DNA from: Euryarchaeota archaeon UBA605 | GTDB taxonomy: Archaea > Thermoplasmatota > Poseidoniia > Poseidoniales > Thalassarchaeaceae | Direction: 5' to 3' | NCBI GenBank assembly: GCA_002504905.1 | Contig: DATY01000029.1 | Location: forward strand, 78,306 to 142,305 | DNA length: 64,000 bases | In this document: piece by piece, positions 37,443 to 47,191 of the stretch | Layout of the letters: each line of letters starts with the position of its first letter | Position numbering within the stretch: the first letter of the stretch is position 1 | The notes under the pieces: model-generated | Databases searched by the model: none | What the model was told of the DNA's origin: nothing | Seen by the model: the letters and a program-made list of their open reading frames with translations, nothing else | Translations under genes and position numbers: made by a program

Positions 37443-39070
37443 GCAAATGGTATTGATGCTGAAGCATGTGTATGTAAATTTATCACTGTCAAAATACAGG
37501 GTTTAGGTTGGAAGCCTAACATTCTCTGATAATCAGTCTGATCTTGCCATGTAGAACTGTGAACAATTGTTGTTCCTTTATGGTCTCCAATATATTGTCC
37601 ATGGACATGGCCTGTAACGAAAATATCAGGTATTGTTCCAATTACCATACTATCTTCAGGTTCAGGAGATAATGGAGTTTTTCCCCCCCATGATGGTGCT
37701 AAATGTCTTCTTTCGAGCATTGAACGCATGGCCATCTCAGGTTTTGCATAAGTTACAGATCTAAGCCCTGCAACAAAGTCATCTATACTTTTTCCATGGT
37801 ACGAGAGAATTCTAACTCCATGAAGACTAAAATCACAAGGATTACCCACGAAGATAGCGTCTGTATAGTCTTGTTGAACCTCTGGATCAAGAGCAGGTTG
37901 GGGTTCTGCTGGACGTACGGCATCATGATTTCCTGGAAGAATAATCACATCTACCCAGTCTGGTAAGTCGCTAAGGAGCATTGCAAGAGCTCCATATTGC
38001 TTGAATAAATCAGTGATAGCTAAATGCCTATCTTGTCCTGGATAAATTCCAACACCATCAACACCATCTCCACTCAATACGAAATATTTGATTGTCTTGG
38101 CTAAAGGGTCTGTTTTGAACCAATTTATCATTTTCTGCCATTGAGGCTCAAGGAAGGTTTTGCTACCGACATGAACATCGGAAAGAAAAGCTGCAGAAAC
38201 AGATTCTTCAATATTAGCAGCATTTTTTGCTCTACGAGGTAGAGGAGGAAAGTGAATATTTGAAATAATAAATAAGTCTGTTCTGTCACCAATAAAAAAT
38301 CCACTAACTCCAACTACATCATCATTCATTAATCCATCAAGAGCAGCATGGAGAGGATTGGCTCCGGAAGGTGGCTTTAGTAGACATTGAATCTGAGTCG
38401 TTTCATCTTCTAAAAGAAACATAAGATTTCCTGATTTAGCCCAACGAGGTTCACTAACTAGACCAACAATAGTAATCTCGTATTCATTTGAAGAATAACG
38501 TTGACGATTTCTATATGCCTCAGAATTAGAAATCGGCCTTCTTGGTAATGAACGACCTTCAATCATTAGATTTCGAATTTGATGTAATCTACTGTTAAAA
38601 AATGATTTAATATCTGACAATTTACCTTCAGTAACTGAATTTCCCGTAATATCAAAATGTACTTCAATCTCTGAATCAACATCTTTTGCTAACATTGGAA
38701 AATCTTCAAGACTGTAATGAGATAAACCATGAGGTCTAGGTGCTGGAGAAATTTCATTGCTAGAAATTGGGGCTATTACTCTGCCAATTGGCGAGGGGTT
38801 ATCCGGAGTGGGGAGAGTCACTTGAGACTTCTTATGTGAAATCTGTAATTCCTCGGTAATAGATTCATCGATAGAAACTAAAGATAATAATTCATCTATA
38901 GATTTAACTGTAAGAAATTGAACATTTGATGAATTTGCGGCTTCTATCAATGGGTTAATATCTACTAATTGTTCAATTTTTTCTTTGGCTTCTAGGCCCA
39001 TTACGAGAAGTCCTGCAGCACTCAACATTTTCTGTTGTTGCGCCCAATCACCGGATGCCATACGGCTCAC
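37439..39070 (-). CDS. polB: DNA polymerase D small (proofreading) subunit DP1
   Basis: OB fold followed by SDVHVGS, GDGVDGVGIYPGQ, PGNHDAVRPAEPQP, YHGKSIDD, RRHLAP, TGHVH. Confidence 0.95.
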   Translation of the reverse strand: MSRMASGDWAQQQKMLSAAGLLVMGLEAKEKIEQLVDINPLIEAANSSNVQFLTVKSIDELLSLVSIDESITEELQISHKKSQVTLPTPDNPSPIGRVIAPISSNEISPAPRPHGLSHYSLEDFPMLAKDVDSEIEVHFDITGNSVTEGKLSDIKSFFNSRLHQIRNLMIEGRSLPRRPISNSEAYRNRQRYSSNEYEITIVGLVSEPRWAKSGNLMFLLEDETTQIQCLLKPPSGANPLHAALDGLMNDDVVGVSGFFIGDRTDLFIISNIHFPPLPRRAKNAANIEESVSAAFLSDVHVGSKTFLEPQWQKMINWFKTDPLAKTIKYFVLSGDGVDGVGIYPGQDRHLAITDLFKQYGALAMLLSDLPDWVDVIILPGNHDAVRPAEPQPALDPEVQQDYTDAIFVGNPCDFSLHGVRILSYHGKSIDDFVAGLRSVTYAKPEMAMRSMLERRHLAPSWGGKTPLSPEPEDSMVIGTIPDIFVTGHVHGQYIGDHKGTTIVHSSTWQDQTDYQRMLGFQPKPCILTVINLHTHASASIPFA

Positions 39071-39110
39071 GTCAGGTACGTACGCTCATGATAATATCGA
39101 TACAGGGAAG

Positions 39111-39788
39111 TCATTCATCCCAGTCTGTTAATGATGCAAGATCTACTTTTTGTATTTCTTCCGCAACAGTAGTGTCTTCTACTTCCCAGGTCATACTTCC
39201 TTCCCACTGTTCCGAAGAGGGGTCCATTTGAGAAATATCAGATTGAGATTCTTCGATTTCGTCATCATTCTCTATAACATCATCTTGCTGTTCTAATCGA
39301 TCTAATGTTTCAAGTGCCAATCGAAGAGCGAAGACTGCAAAAGAACGTTTATTATCCAATCTATCATTTTCACCAAAATCCATCCTTCTCACGAGAAAAT
39401 AGTCCTGAGCTATTACAGCAACATGTACTCGACCAACTTCTTTTTCCAAAGTTGACCCACCTGGGCCAGCGATTCCTGTAATTGCGATAGCTACATCAGA
39501 ACCTGATTGATATCTAGCGCCTTTAGCCATTTGAACCGCTACTTCATGAGAAACTGCACCGGCTTCACCTTCATCAAATGCTGATTTTTGTACTCCTAAC
39601 TCCCTCATTTTTGCTTCATTAGAATAAACTACCCATCCCTGATTAAACCATTGAGTAGCACCTGAAATATCAGTGATTAATGAAGCGAGTAAACCTCCTG
39701 TACAGGACTCTGCTGTTGAGACTGTCCAGCCCTTCTTCCTAAGGCGTCTTGTCATCCGGGAAGCTAGTCCCGCAGTCTCTTCTACCAC
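39111..39788 (-). CDS. cinA: CinA-family protein (NMN deamidase domain) with acidic tail
   Basis: TAESCTGG, YSNEAK, GAVS, ITGIAGPGG; start moved downstream of tRNA-Val. Confidence 0.9.
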   Translation of the reverse strand: MVEETAGLASRMTRRLRKKGWTVSTAESCTGGLLASLITDISGATQWFNQGWVVYSNEAKMRELGVQKSAFDEGEAGAVSHEVAVQMAKGARYQSGSDVAIAITGIAGPGGSTLEKEVGRVHVAVIAQDYFLVRRMDFGENDRLDNKRSFAVFALRLALETLDRLEQQDDVIENDDEIEESQSDISQMDPSSEQWEGSMTWEVEDTTVAEEIQKVDLASLTDWDE

Positions 39789-39845
39789 ATGCACCCCTAC
39801 TAGTAATCCTTCTTGATTGTTTACACTTAATCTTGAAGATTTGAG

Positions 39846-39921
39846 TGGTGGGCCCGGCAGGAATTGAACCTGCGATCTTCGCTTTGTAAGAGCAACGTCA
39901 TAACCCCTAGACCACGGGCCC
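39846..39921 (-). tRNA. tRNA-Val(TAC)
   Basis: GGGCCCG...TTGCT-CT-TAC-AA-AGCGA...GTTCAATTC...CGGGCCC-A-CCA. Confidence 0.95.
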
Positions 39922-39989
39922 CACGAGAGACTCGGGTAGCGTCGCATTCAAATCATTGGTGGTCAAAGCATCTGTTAGAGAGTGCTTGT

Positions 39990-40982
39990 TTGAAGGATAT
40001 TGAGGAACTTATAATTAGATTGGGAGAAAATGGTTTTCCAATGGATGAAAGTCTTAAATTTGCATTTAAAAACGCTAATATTGACTATTTCATTAAATCA
40101 GGAAATAACCGATTTTATTCGGATAATCCGGTTGAATTCATGAAAACTAGTAAAGGAGTTACAAAAAATATTTCTGCACCGCATATGTTAGTAACTTTAT
40201 TACATCATTTAGAAATAAAAAAGGGACAAAAAGTTCTATTGGTTGGATCAAAAGGGGGCTATCTAGCAGCTATTCTAGATTATCTTCTCGGAGAAGAAGG
40301 AATTATTACATTGATAGAGCCACATGATGAAGTTCTTGAACATACAAGAAGAGTTTTAGAAAACTACCAAACAAGAGGAATTATTCGTGTTCTTTCAATA
40401 ATAGATTTTGAGTTCTACGATGAATCTGCAAAAGAATTTGATAGAATTTTGATAACTGGAGCTGTTAGAGAAATTCCTGATTTTCTTAGTTTGAATTATC
40501 AAGAAGGATCTTTTATCTTAGGCCCATTCGGAAGTAATATTCAACAAAGACTTCTGAAAAAAGAAAAACAATCGGGAGAATGGTTAGATACAGACTTAGG
40601 CGGAGTAGTATTTTCCCCTATGGATACGAGAATTTCAGAACGGAATCCATTGGACCCTATTGTTCTAGCTGAAGGCCTTGAAGATTCATTTAGTTTAATA
40701 TGCGAAATAATAGAAGTTGATGAAGAAATTTTACAAGGAATTGAACAATTAATTCAATCACTGAGAGAATTACCAAGAGATATTCCGTCTATCGGAGAAC
40801 ATTCATCTGATGAAGAAATCATGGAAAATCCAGTTATGGACTTAATGATGTCAGAGATGGAAAGACTTGCACCCATTTGGCCAATAATTGAACACTTTAT
40901 GTCAATAGAATTAGTTAATATCTTCAACTCAGAAGATGAATCATCATTCATTACCGGAGGGCATGAAGACCTTGTTCCTTGA
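39990..40982 (+). CDS. Protein-L-isoaspartate O-methyltransferase-like protein with acidic C-terminal domain
   Basis: NISAPHM, VLLVGSKGGYLAAIL, FDRILITGA, GVVFSPM; start approximate. Confidence 0.75.
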   Translation: MKDIEELIIRLGENGFPMDESLKFAFKNANIDYFIKSGNNRFYSDNPVEFMKTSKGVTKNISAPHMLVTLLHHLEIKKGQKVLLVGSKGGYLAAILDYLLGEEGIITLIEPHDEVLEHTRRVLENYQTRGIIRVLSIIDFEFYDESAKEFDRILITGAVREIPDFLSLNYQEGSFILGPFGSNIQQRLLKKEKQSGEWLDTDLGGVVFSPMDTRISERNPLDPIVLAEGLEDSFSLICEIIEVDEEILQGIEQLIQSLRELPRDIPSIGEHSSDEEIMENPVMDLMMSEMERLAPIWPIIEHFMSIELVNIFNSEDESSFITGGHEDLVP

Positions 40983-41002
40983 ATAGGAGTATTCTTGCAC
41001 TA

Positions 41003-42034
41003 ATGGCTAGTGGCGGTATTGTGCTTAAAGCGACTATACGCCAGTTGAACAATAAAGATGTTCGATTAAGGAGAAGAGCTGTAAGGAAGCTGTTTGAACT
41101 AGATGACCCTGTTGCAATTGATGCTTTCGTGCCATTACTGAATGATGAAGATGAATGGTTTAGGGGAAAGGCACTAATCGCGATACAAAGATGGGCCTCA
41201 ATGAAAGACCTTGATTTAGCAGAAAGACTTTCTAATTCAGATAAACCTGAAGAAAGGATATTGGCTTGTAGAATTGCGCCCGTTGTGGGGAAATCAAGCG
41301 AGAGGATTTTAACAAGAATGTTAGATGATGAGAATAATCTAGTTAAACAGAATGCTTGGAAAAATATACTAGAAATAAATGAAGATTTTATTGAAGGTGC
41401 ATTGGAAAATAACGATGTAGGAATACGATCATTGGCAATTGAGAGAATACAATCAATGGATGAAGTAGATAATGATACTCTGAAAAAAATTCTCAGTGAC
41501 GATTCGAGTAGAATAAGGAAAAAGGCAATTAATCTTCTGAAATCTAAACCTGAAAAGTATTCTTCGGGAGAATTTGATGAAATTATAATAAAAATTGCAG
41601 AAAATGATGATAGAATTCAAGTTGATGCTCTAATAATGCTAATTGAATCGGGTAAAGAAAACGAATTGTTCAGTCGAAAAATACCTATTTGGCTGGAAAA
41701 TGAAGACCCAATGATGATTAAATTGATTGCAGAGACAATAGAACAAAAAGATTGGTTAGAAATTAATTGGCTTATAAAAAAGATAATCAAATCATCTAAT
41801 GATAAACTAATTTCTAGAGTACTAAGAAGGAAAAAATCGGTTGAGGCAGATGAAATTCGTAAAGAGATTCTACTAGATGAAACGAGAGATGCCGTAATAA
41901 GGTCTAGAATAATAGAAGATTTATTTGGTAAAAAACATAATGAAGAAATTACAAAGATAATATTTGATTTGGAGAATAATAATCAAAAATCTATTTCAGA
42001 AACTGCAAAAATGTATAGAGAAAGCATCTCATGA
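41003..42034 (+). CDS. HEAT-repeat protein
   Basis: Repeated L.D.D..VR..A units; adjoins the preceding gene (alternative TTG start 40979). Confidence 0.8.
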   Translation: MASGGIVLKATIRQLNNKDVRLRRRAVRKLFELDDPVAIDAFVPLLNDEDEWFRGKALIAIQRWASMKDLDLAERLSNSDKPEERILACRIAPVVGKSSERILTRMLDDENNLVKQNAWKNILEINEDFIEGALENNDVGIRSLAIERIQSMDEVDNDTLKKILSDDSSRIRKKAINLLKSKPEKYSSGEFDEIIIKIAENDDRIQVDALIMLIESGKENELFSRKIPIWLENEDPMMIKLIAETIEQKDWLEINWLIKKIIKSSNDKLISRVLRRKKSVEADEIRKEILLDETRDAVIRSRIIEDLFGKKHNEEITKIIFDLENNNQKSISETAKMYRESIS

Positions 42035-42040
42035 TTTCTT

Positions 42041-42448
42041 CTAAACAGCTGGCAACATTAATCTTGAAAGTGGAACAGCTATAGGAGGAAGGTGATCAGA
42101 TAGGCGATGTCTGCTGGTTTTAGGGGAGAATAATGGCCCAAATAATGCTGCATTGATTACTTCTTGTTTGGTAACTGAATCGCGACCACAATTAGGCCAA
42201 ACATCTAACTCAATTAAGTCATCTTCAAGATAATTGATGAAAACACAAGGTACGCAACTCAGTCCTAATCTCTTTGCTACATGATATCGATGATGTCCAT
42301 CTAAGATAGTTCCTGAAGATTTATCAATTAACAATGGCTTTGTATAAGCATTCCACCTATGAGTCATTTTTTCTAGTTGATCAACTTTTTTTGGCAATAT
42401 TTCTTCATGTGGTCTGAGAATCTCTAAAGGGACTAGCTCGACCTTCAT
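42041..42448 (-). CDS. Stand-alone ParB/Srx-like domain protein
   Basis: LRPHEE, KPLLID, ILDGHHR, PKTSRH motifs. Confidence 0.8.
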   Translation of the reverse strand: MKVELVPLEILRPHEEILPKKVDQLEKMTHRWNAYTKPLLIDKSSGTILDGHHRYHVAKRLGLSCVPCVFINYLEDDLIELDVWPNCGRDSVTKQEVINAALFGPLFSPKTSRHRLSDHLPPIAVPLSRLMLPAV

Positions 42449-42521
42449 GAAGGTCCGAGAAGGATATTGTTGTTAGTTTTGGTGCCGAAGATATGATGTT
42501 TAGTTGTACTAACGCAGATAC

Positions 42522-43748
42522 ATGGTTGACACTGAGCTGTACCTCTCTCCAGAGGATAATTTAGTCTTAGATCGACTTAGAGAAAACGGTGAAGCTTGGA
42601 TCGTTGGAGGATGGGTTAGAGAAACTTTACTAATGACTGAATCAAAATCTGACCTTGATATTGCTACAACACTTTTACCTAAAGAAGTGATAGAAATATT
42701 TCCAAGAACTATTCCAGTAGGTGAAGAATATGGAACAGTTATTGTTAGATTAGATGGAGAATCAGAGAAACAATGGGAAGTAACAACTCTACGGAAAGAC
42801 GGAAGTTATGGAGATGGTAGGAGACCTGATAATGTTTCATTTGGAACAAATATTATTGATGATTTAGCTCGACGTGATTTCACAATAAATGCTATGGCAA
42901 TAGGAATTGATAACGAGTTAATTGACATTTTTGGCGGGAAAAATGACCTAGAACACAACATTGTTAGAGCAGTTGGTAATGCGAATAAGAGAATAGCAGA
43001 AGACGGCCTTAGAATATTACGTGCTTTCAGATTCTTAGATTTGGGAGGGGATAATCTTAGAGTTCTAGATTCAGAACTAGAGTTAGCGATTAAAGAAAAT
43101 ATTGAGATGTTAGAAAAAGTATCAAAAGAAAGAATAACTGAAGAAATTAGGAAAATATTGTCTGGAAAAAACTCATATGGAATATTATTAAAAATGAAAG
43201 AATTAGGTGTTCTGAATTATATTTTGAATGACCTGTCTGCAGAGATAGAAGATTTAGGCGAGGCAAGCTCAATGGTTATCCTTGCAAGATTTTTAAGAAA
43301 CAATGAATGTAACGGAGAACAATTAACTGAAATTTTAAAACAACGATTAATTTTGACAAAAAAAGAAATCGGACAAATCTCTTTCTTACATGAAAATAGA
43401 AATTTAAAATTTGATTACAGTTTAGAAAGTATTAGAAGATTTCAGGTATTACTTTCAAAAGAACAAAAAATATCAATTTTACAATATCATAATGATGAAA
43501 AATTTATTGAGAAATACAAAAATCTGGGAAATGGAGAAGAAATTATGCAACCTATTCTTAATGGAACAAAAATTTCTGAAATTACTGGAATAAAACCTAG
43601 TAGGAAACTTGGTCTACTAAAAGAATGGTTATTTAGAATTCAAATTGAGCAAAATATCCAGAAAGAGGAAAAAATTATACAAATCCTAGATGAAATTAAC
43701 TGGAATGATTCAGATCCGGAATCTTGGCCAAGATTATCATGGCCTTGA
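42522..43748 (+). CDS. cca: Class II tRNA nucleotidyltransferase (CCA-adding/poly(A) polymerase family)
   Basis: VGGWVRE, DLDIAT, EVTTLR, DLARRDFTINAM, EDGLRILRAFRF, SKERITEE. Confidence 0.88.
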   Translation: MVDTELYLSPEDNLVLDRLRENGEAWIVGGWVRETLLMTESKSDLDIATTLLPKEVIEIFPRTIPVGEEYGTVIVRLDGESEKQWEVTTLRKDGSYGDGRRPDNVSFGTNIIDDLARRDFTINAMAIGIDNELIDIFGGKNDLEHNIVRAVGNANKRIAEDGLRILRAFRFLDLGGDNLRVLDSELELAIKENIEMLEKVSKERITEEIRKILSGKNSYGILLKMKELGVLNYILNDLSAEIEDLGEASSMVILARFLRNNECNGEQLTEILKQRLILTKKEIGQISFLHENRNLKFDYSLESIRRFQVLLSKEQKISILQYHNDEKFIEKYKNLGNGEEIMQPILNGTKISEITGIKPSRKLGLLKEWLFRIQIEQNIQKEEKIIQILDEINWNDSDPESWPRLSWP

Positions 43749-44258
43749 TCAAAGTTCATTTAGATACTCTATGTATTCATTTTCATCTAAATATTGATCA
43801 GCATCATAGTCGAATGGTTGTACAATTACACACCATCCATCAGCATATGCATCATCATTAACAAGATCTGGGTTATCCTCAACATCACCGTTTAAAGATA
43901 CTATTTTACATGAAAATGGAGCATTAATCAGTAATTTTTCATATTCTGTAGTGACGGTAATCAGTAAATCATCCAGGCCTAATTCGTCTCCACTAGTCAT
44001 TGGAGTTGGTGCATCATCATCCTGTGATACTTCTCCATCATCATCATCTGAGTCCTCCATTTTAAATTCAGAATCATCTTCAGGTTTAGTTAGAATTACT
44101 CTAATTATATCCCCATGTTCTGCTCTGATGAATTCGCTCAAGCCTATCTTTACCTGAGAGTCATCCTTCTTTTCGTCTAATACTTGTAACCATAAATGTT
44201 CCAAAGTATATTTACGTCCTTGTGCCACACTAAATTCGACATAATCGCTATCAGCCAT
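43749..44258 (-). CDS. Glycine cleavage H-protein-like, lipoyl-Lys motif degenerate
   Basis: YTLEHLW, KIGLSEF, GDI, NAPFSCKIV, NPDLVNDDAYADGW, LDENEY match GcvH; no ESVK motif. Confidence 0.75.
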   Translation of the reverse strand: MADSDYVEFSVAQGRKYTLEHLWLQVLDEKKDDSQVKIGLSEFIRAEHGDIIRVILTKPEDDSEFKMEDSDDDDGEVSQDDDAPTPMTSGDELGLDDLLITVTTEYEKLLINAPFSCKIVSLNGDVEDNPDLVNDDAYADGWCVIVQPFDYDADQYLDENEYIEYLNEL

Positions 44259-44378
44259 ACCAATTCTCGACCTGCGCCCATCTGACAACCGTTTTGAATT
44301 GTTCGATTGGAGAAGTTGTTACATTTGCCATTACGAGACATTAACAATACCTTTCTCTTCGGACACTCTGGTGAGATA

Positions 44379-45551
44379 ATGGAGTTCATGGAAACAGAAG
44401 AACAAAGTATGATTCGAGAGATGGTTCGTAGCTTTGCTGAAGAGGTCTTAGCGCCTACTTGTTTAGATAGAGACAGGAATGCTGCACCACCGTTAGATGA
44501 ATGGCAAAAATTTTGTGAATATGGCTTACAGGGCATCACAATTCCTGAAAAATATGGAGGTAGTCCTGTTGATGATATTTCTGAGTCAATAATTATCGAA
44601 GAGCTTGCAAGAGTTGATCCGTCATTTGCAGTAATGTACTGTGTTCATGTAGGACTATGTGCAAAAACAATTGAAATTCATGGAAATGAGGTACAGAAAG
44701 AAAAATATCTAACTAGACTTGCTGGAAACGAAATTGGAGCATATTCACTTTCTGAGGCAGGTGCGGGAACAGATGCAGCTGCAATGGTTTGTAAAGCTAA
44801 AAAGACAGATGACGGTAAACATTTTATCATTAATGGAGAAAAAATGTGGGTTACAAATGGTAAGAGTGCAGATATTTACGTATTATTCGCTAAAGATGTA
44901 GATCATCCCGATTTCGGTGTTAAAAAGCATGGAGGGACTACTGCTTTTATCGTCGATTCATCGATGGAAGGATTTAGTGTTGGTAAAAAAGAAGAGAAAT
45001 TAGGGATTCGATCTTCTGATACGTGTGTATTACTTCTTGAAAATTGCAAAGTTCCTATTGAGAATGTTTTGAAAGGAGTTGGAGAAGGATTTCCTATTGC
45101 AATGAATGCACTTGACAATTCGAGAATTGGAATAGCTGCTCAAGCATTAGGAATTGCACAAGGTGCATTTGAGTCAGCACTGAATTATTCCCATGAAAGA
45201 CAAGCATTTGGTAAACCAATTGCACATCACCAAAGTATTGGAAATTATCTTGCGGATATGGCAACACAAATTGAAGCAGCTAGAATGATGGTTTACAAAG
45301 CATCTTGGGCTAAACAGAGACACTATGAGAATGGAGGACATAGACATACGAAGGAAGCCAGTATGGCTAAACTATTCGCAGGAGATACAGCAATGTGGGT
45401 ATCTGAGAGAGCCGTACAAGTACTTGGAGGATATGGCTATACTACTGATTTCCCTGTTGAAAGATTTTTCAGAGATGCGAAAATCACTCAGATTTATGAA
45501 GGAACTCAGGAAGTCCAAAGAATTGTCATAAATAGAGCAATTAAACCTTAA
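44379..45551 (+). CDS. Acyl-CoA dehydrogenase
   Basis: YSLSEAGAGTD, NGEKMWVTNG, KLGIRSS, RQAFGKPI, VQVLGGYGY, IYEGTQEVQR; GGTGA SD. Confidence 0.95.
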   Translation: MEFMETEEQSMIREMVRSFAEEVLAPTCLDRDRNAAPPLDEWQKFCEYGLQGITIPEKYGGSPVDDISESIIIEELARVDPSFAVMYCVHVGLCAKTIEIHGNEVQKEKYLTRLAGNEIGAYSLSEAGAGTDAAAMVCKAKKTDDGKHFIINGEKMWVTNGKSADIYVLFAKDVDHPDFGVKKHGGTTAFIVDSSMEGFSVGKKEEKLGIRSSDTCVLLLENCKVPIENVLKGVGEGFPIAMNALDNSRIGIAAQALGIAQGAFESALNYSHERQAFGKPIAHHQSIGNYLADMATQIEAARMMVYKASWAKQRHYENGGHRHTKEASMAKLFAGDTAMWVSERAVQVLGGYGYTTDFPVERFFRDAKITQIYEGTQEVQRIVINRAIKP

Positions 45552-47105
45552 TTATTCAACCCATGAATATTTTCTTTGACCTTCTAGAACATCATCCCCG
45601 CCCACAGAAACTAAGGCAAATTCATTTTTTGGAGATAAAATTGATTTTTTCGCAGTGCCTCTATGCAGTGATTCATAAATTTCTTTATCGATAGGATGTC
45701 GTTCATCAAGTCTGTTAAATAAATTGAATCTTGCTGCAATTTGTTTCCATTCTGGTTGTAAAATTCCTTCAAAGACTTTTGCTTTAGCACCCGATCCATA
45801 ACCACACAGACCTATTCTTTCACCGATCATTTTTTCATTATCCAAATGATCTGACTCAATTGTAGACATTAAAGCTAGAAAAATCGAACCTGTATATTGA
45901 TTTCCAACAAGGCTAGATGCCCTTTGTGCTTTCTCAATTCTAGCATCAACAAAATCCTTAAACATCGAAGTTTTAGAAATTAATCGGCGATATTGATCGT
46001 TGGCTTTCTCAAACTCTTCATATCCTTCCGCAGAATCTTCAAAATCTCCTGGAAGAGGTTCGTCTCCAATTTCTTCAATAATTTCATTCCATAAAGGTAG
46101 ATTTCTTCTATCATGTCTAAAAACATCTGGAAACATTCTTTTTCCTTGAAATGCATAAGGTAGATGAACAATTATTCTCTTCCACTGTTCGGTCAAAATA
46201 TCATCTTCATCAGGATTATACCGGCCAGACCTAATTGCTTCAATTCTAAAATTTATGAATGCTTGTTTAACAGATTCTGAATAACAACGATTAGAAAACT
46301 GACCATCGAAAACAGGAGTATCTTTATGAATCTTCAAAGTTTTAGACTCAAAAAGAATATTATCTTTAAGTGTCGAAAAAGGTAATACGTCAAGTATTTT
46401 CTCCACTAGTCCTGACTTTCTAGGTTTTTCACCAGCTTCTTCAGCCAGATCTAGGACGTTCTCTACCACCGTTTTCATATCTACTTCTCTCCTAGGTTTG
46501 AAAAAGTCATGAACAGGCATTGTTGAAACCCCCCAATTATCTGGAATTACAATTAATCTAGGATTATGTCGTATTAGTATCGCTCCCCCTCCAGCGCCTT
46601 GAGTATATTCTCCAGATGACTCAAGATCATATTTTGCATTATCTGCGAAAACAACTATTCCAATTCTATCTTGAGATTCTCCTCCTCTTGCAACCCAATC
46701 TAGTGTATTGTGCATTGCATCTACAGCCCCTATACAAGCAAATGTCAAATCTACAACATCACAATGCCTAAAACAATCTTCTCCAAATTGTTCTTGATAT
46801 CTTTGTTCTAACATATCCATAATGTAAGTTGCAGTAGGTTTAGCGCCATCAAGTGCTGATTCAGTACCGAGATAGATTCTACCAATATTATTAGGATCGA
46901 GATTATTTCGATCTATTAATCTAGCACAGGCATTAGCACCCATAGTAGCTGTATCTTCATGCACGTCTGGAATTGCCATTGCTTTCAATCCAAGACCTCG
47001 ATTTAGTTTTCCAAAATCAGCACCACGAAACTCAGCAAAATCTTCCATATCAAAATATAGTTTAGGAAAATGTATGGATATATCGTCAATTCCTACCTCT
47101 GTCAT
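45552..47105 (-). CDS. mvaS: Hydroxymethylglutaryl-CoA synthase (bacterial-type, long)
   Basis: VGIDDI, EDTATMGANA, LGTESALDGAKP, FACIG, GEYTQGAG, HLPY, GNQYTGS, YGSG. Confidence 0.9.
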   Translation of the reverse strand: MTEVGIDDISIHFPKLYFDMEDFAEFRGADFGKLNRGLGLKAMAIPDVHEDTATMGANACARLIDRNNLDPNNIGRIYLGTESALDGAKPTATYIMDMLEQRYQEQFGEDCFRHCDVVDLTFACIGAVDAMHNTLDWVARGGESQDRIGIVVFADNAKYDLESSGEYTQGAGGGAILIRHNPRLIVIPDNWGVSTMPVHDFFKPRREVDMKTVVENVLDLAEEAGEKPRKSGLVEKILDVLPFSTLKDNILFESKTLKIHKDTPVFDGQFSNRCYSESVKQAFINFRIEAIRSGRYNPDEDDILTEQWKRIIVHLPYAFQGKRMFPDVFRHDRRNLPLWNEIIEEIGDEPLPGDFEDSAEGYEEFEKANDQYRRLISKTSMFKDFVDARIEKAQRASSLVGNQYTGSIFLALMSTIESDHLDNEKMIGERIGLCGYGSGAKAKVFEGILQPEWKQIAARFNLFNRLDERHPIDKEIYESLHRGTAKKSILSPKNEFALVSVGGDDVLEGQRKYSWVE

Positions 47106-47191
47106 AGCAATCCTTCCGAGTCTCGCGCAAAGCAATGGGGTTATGATATCTACTATAGAATTAGGTTTAACCTGCCGATAATTAAAACGCA

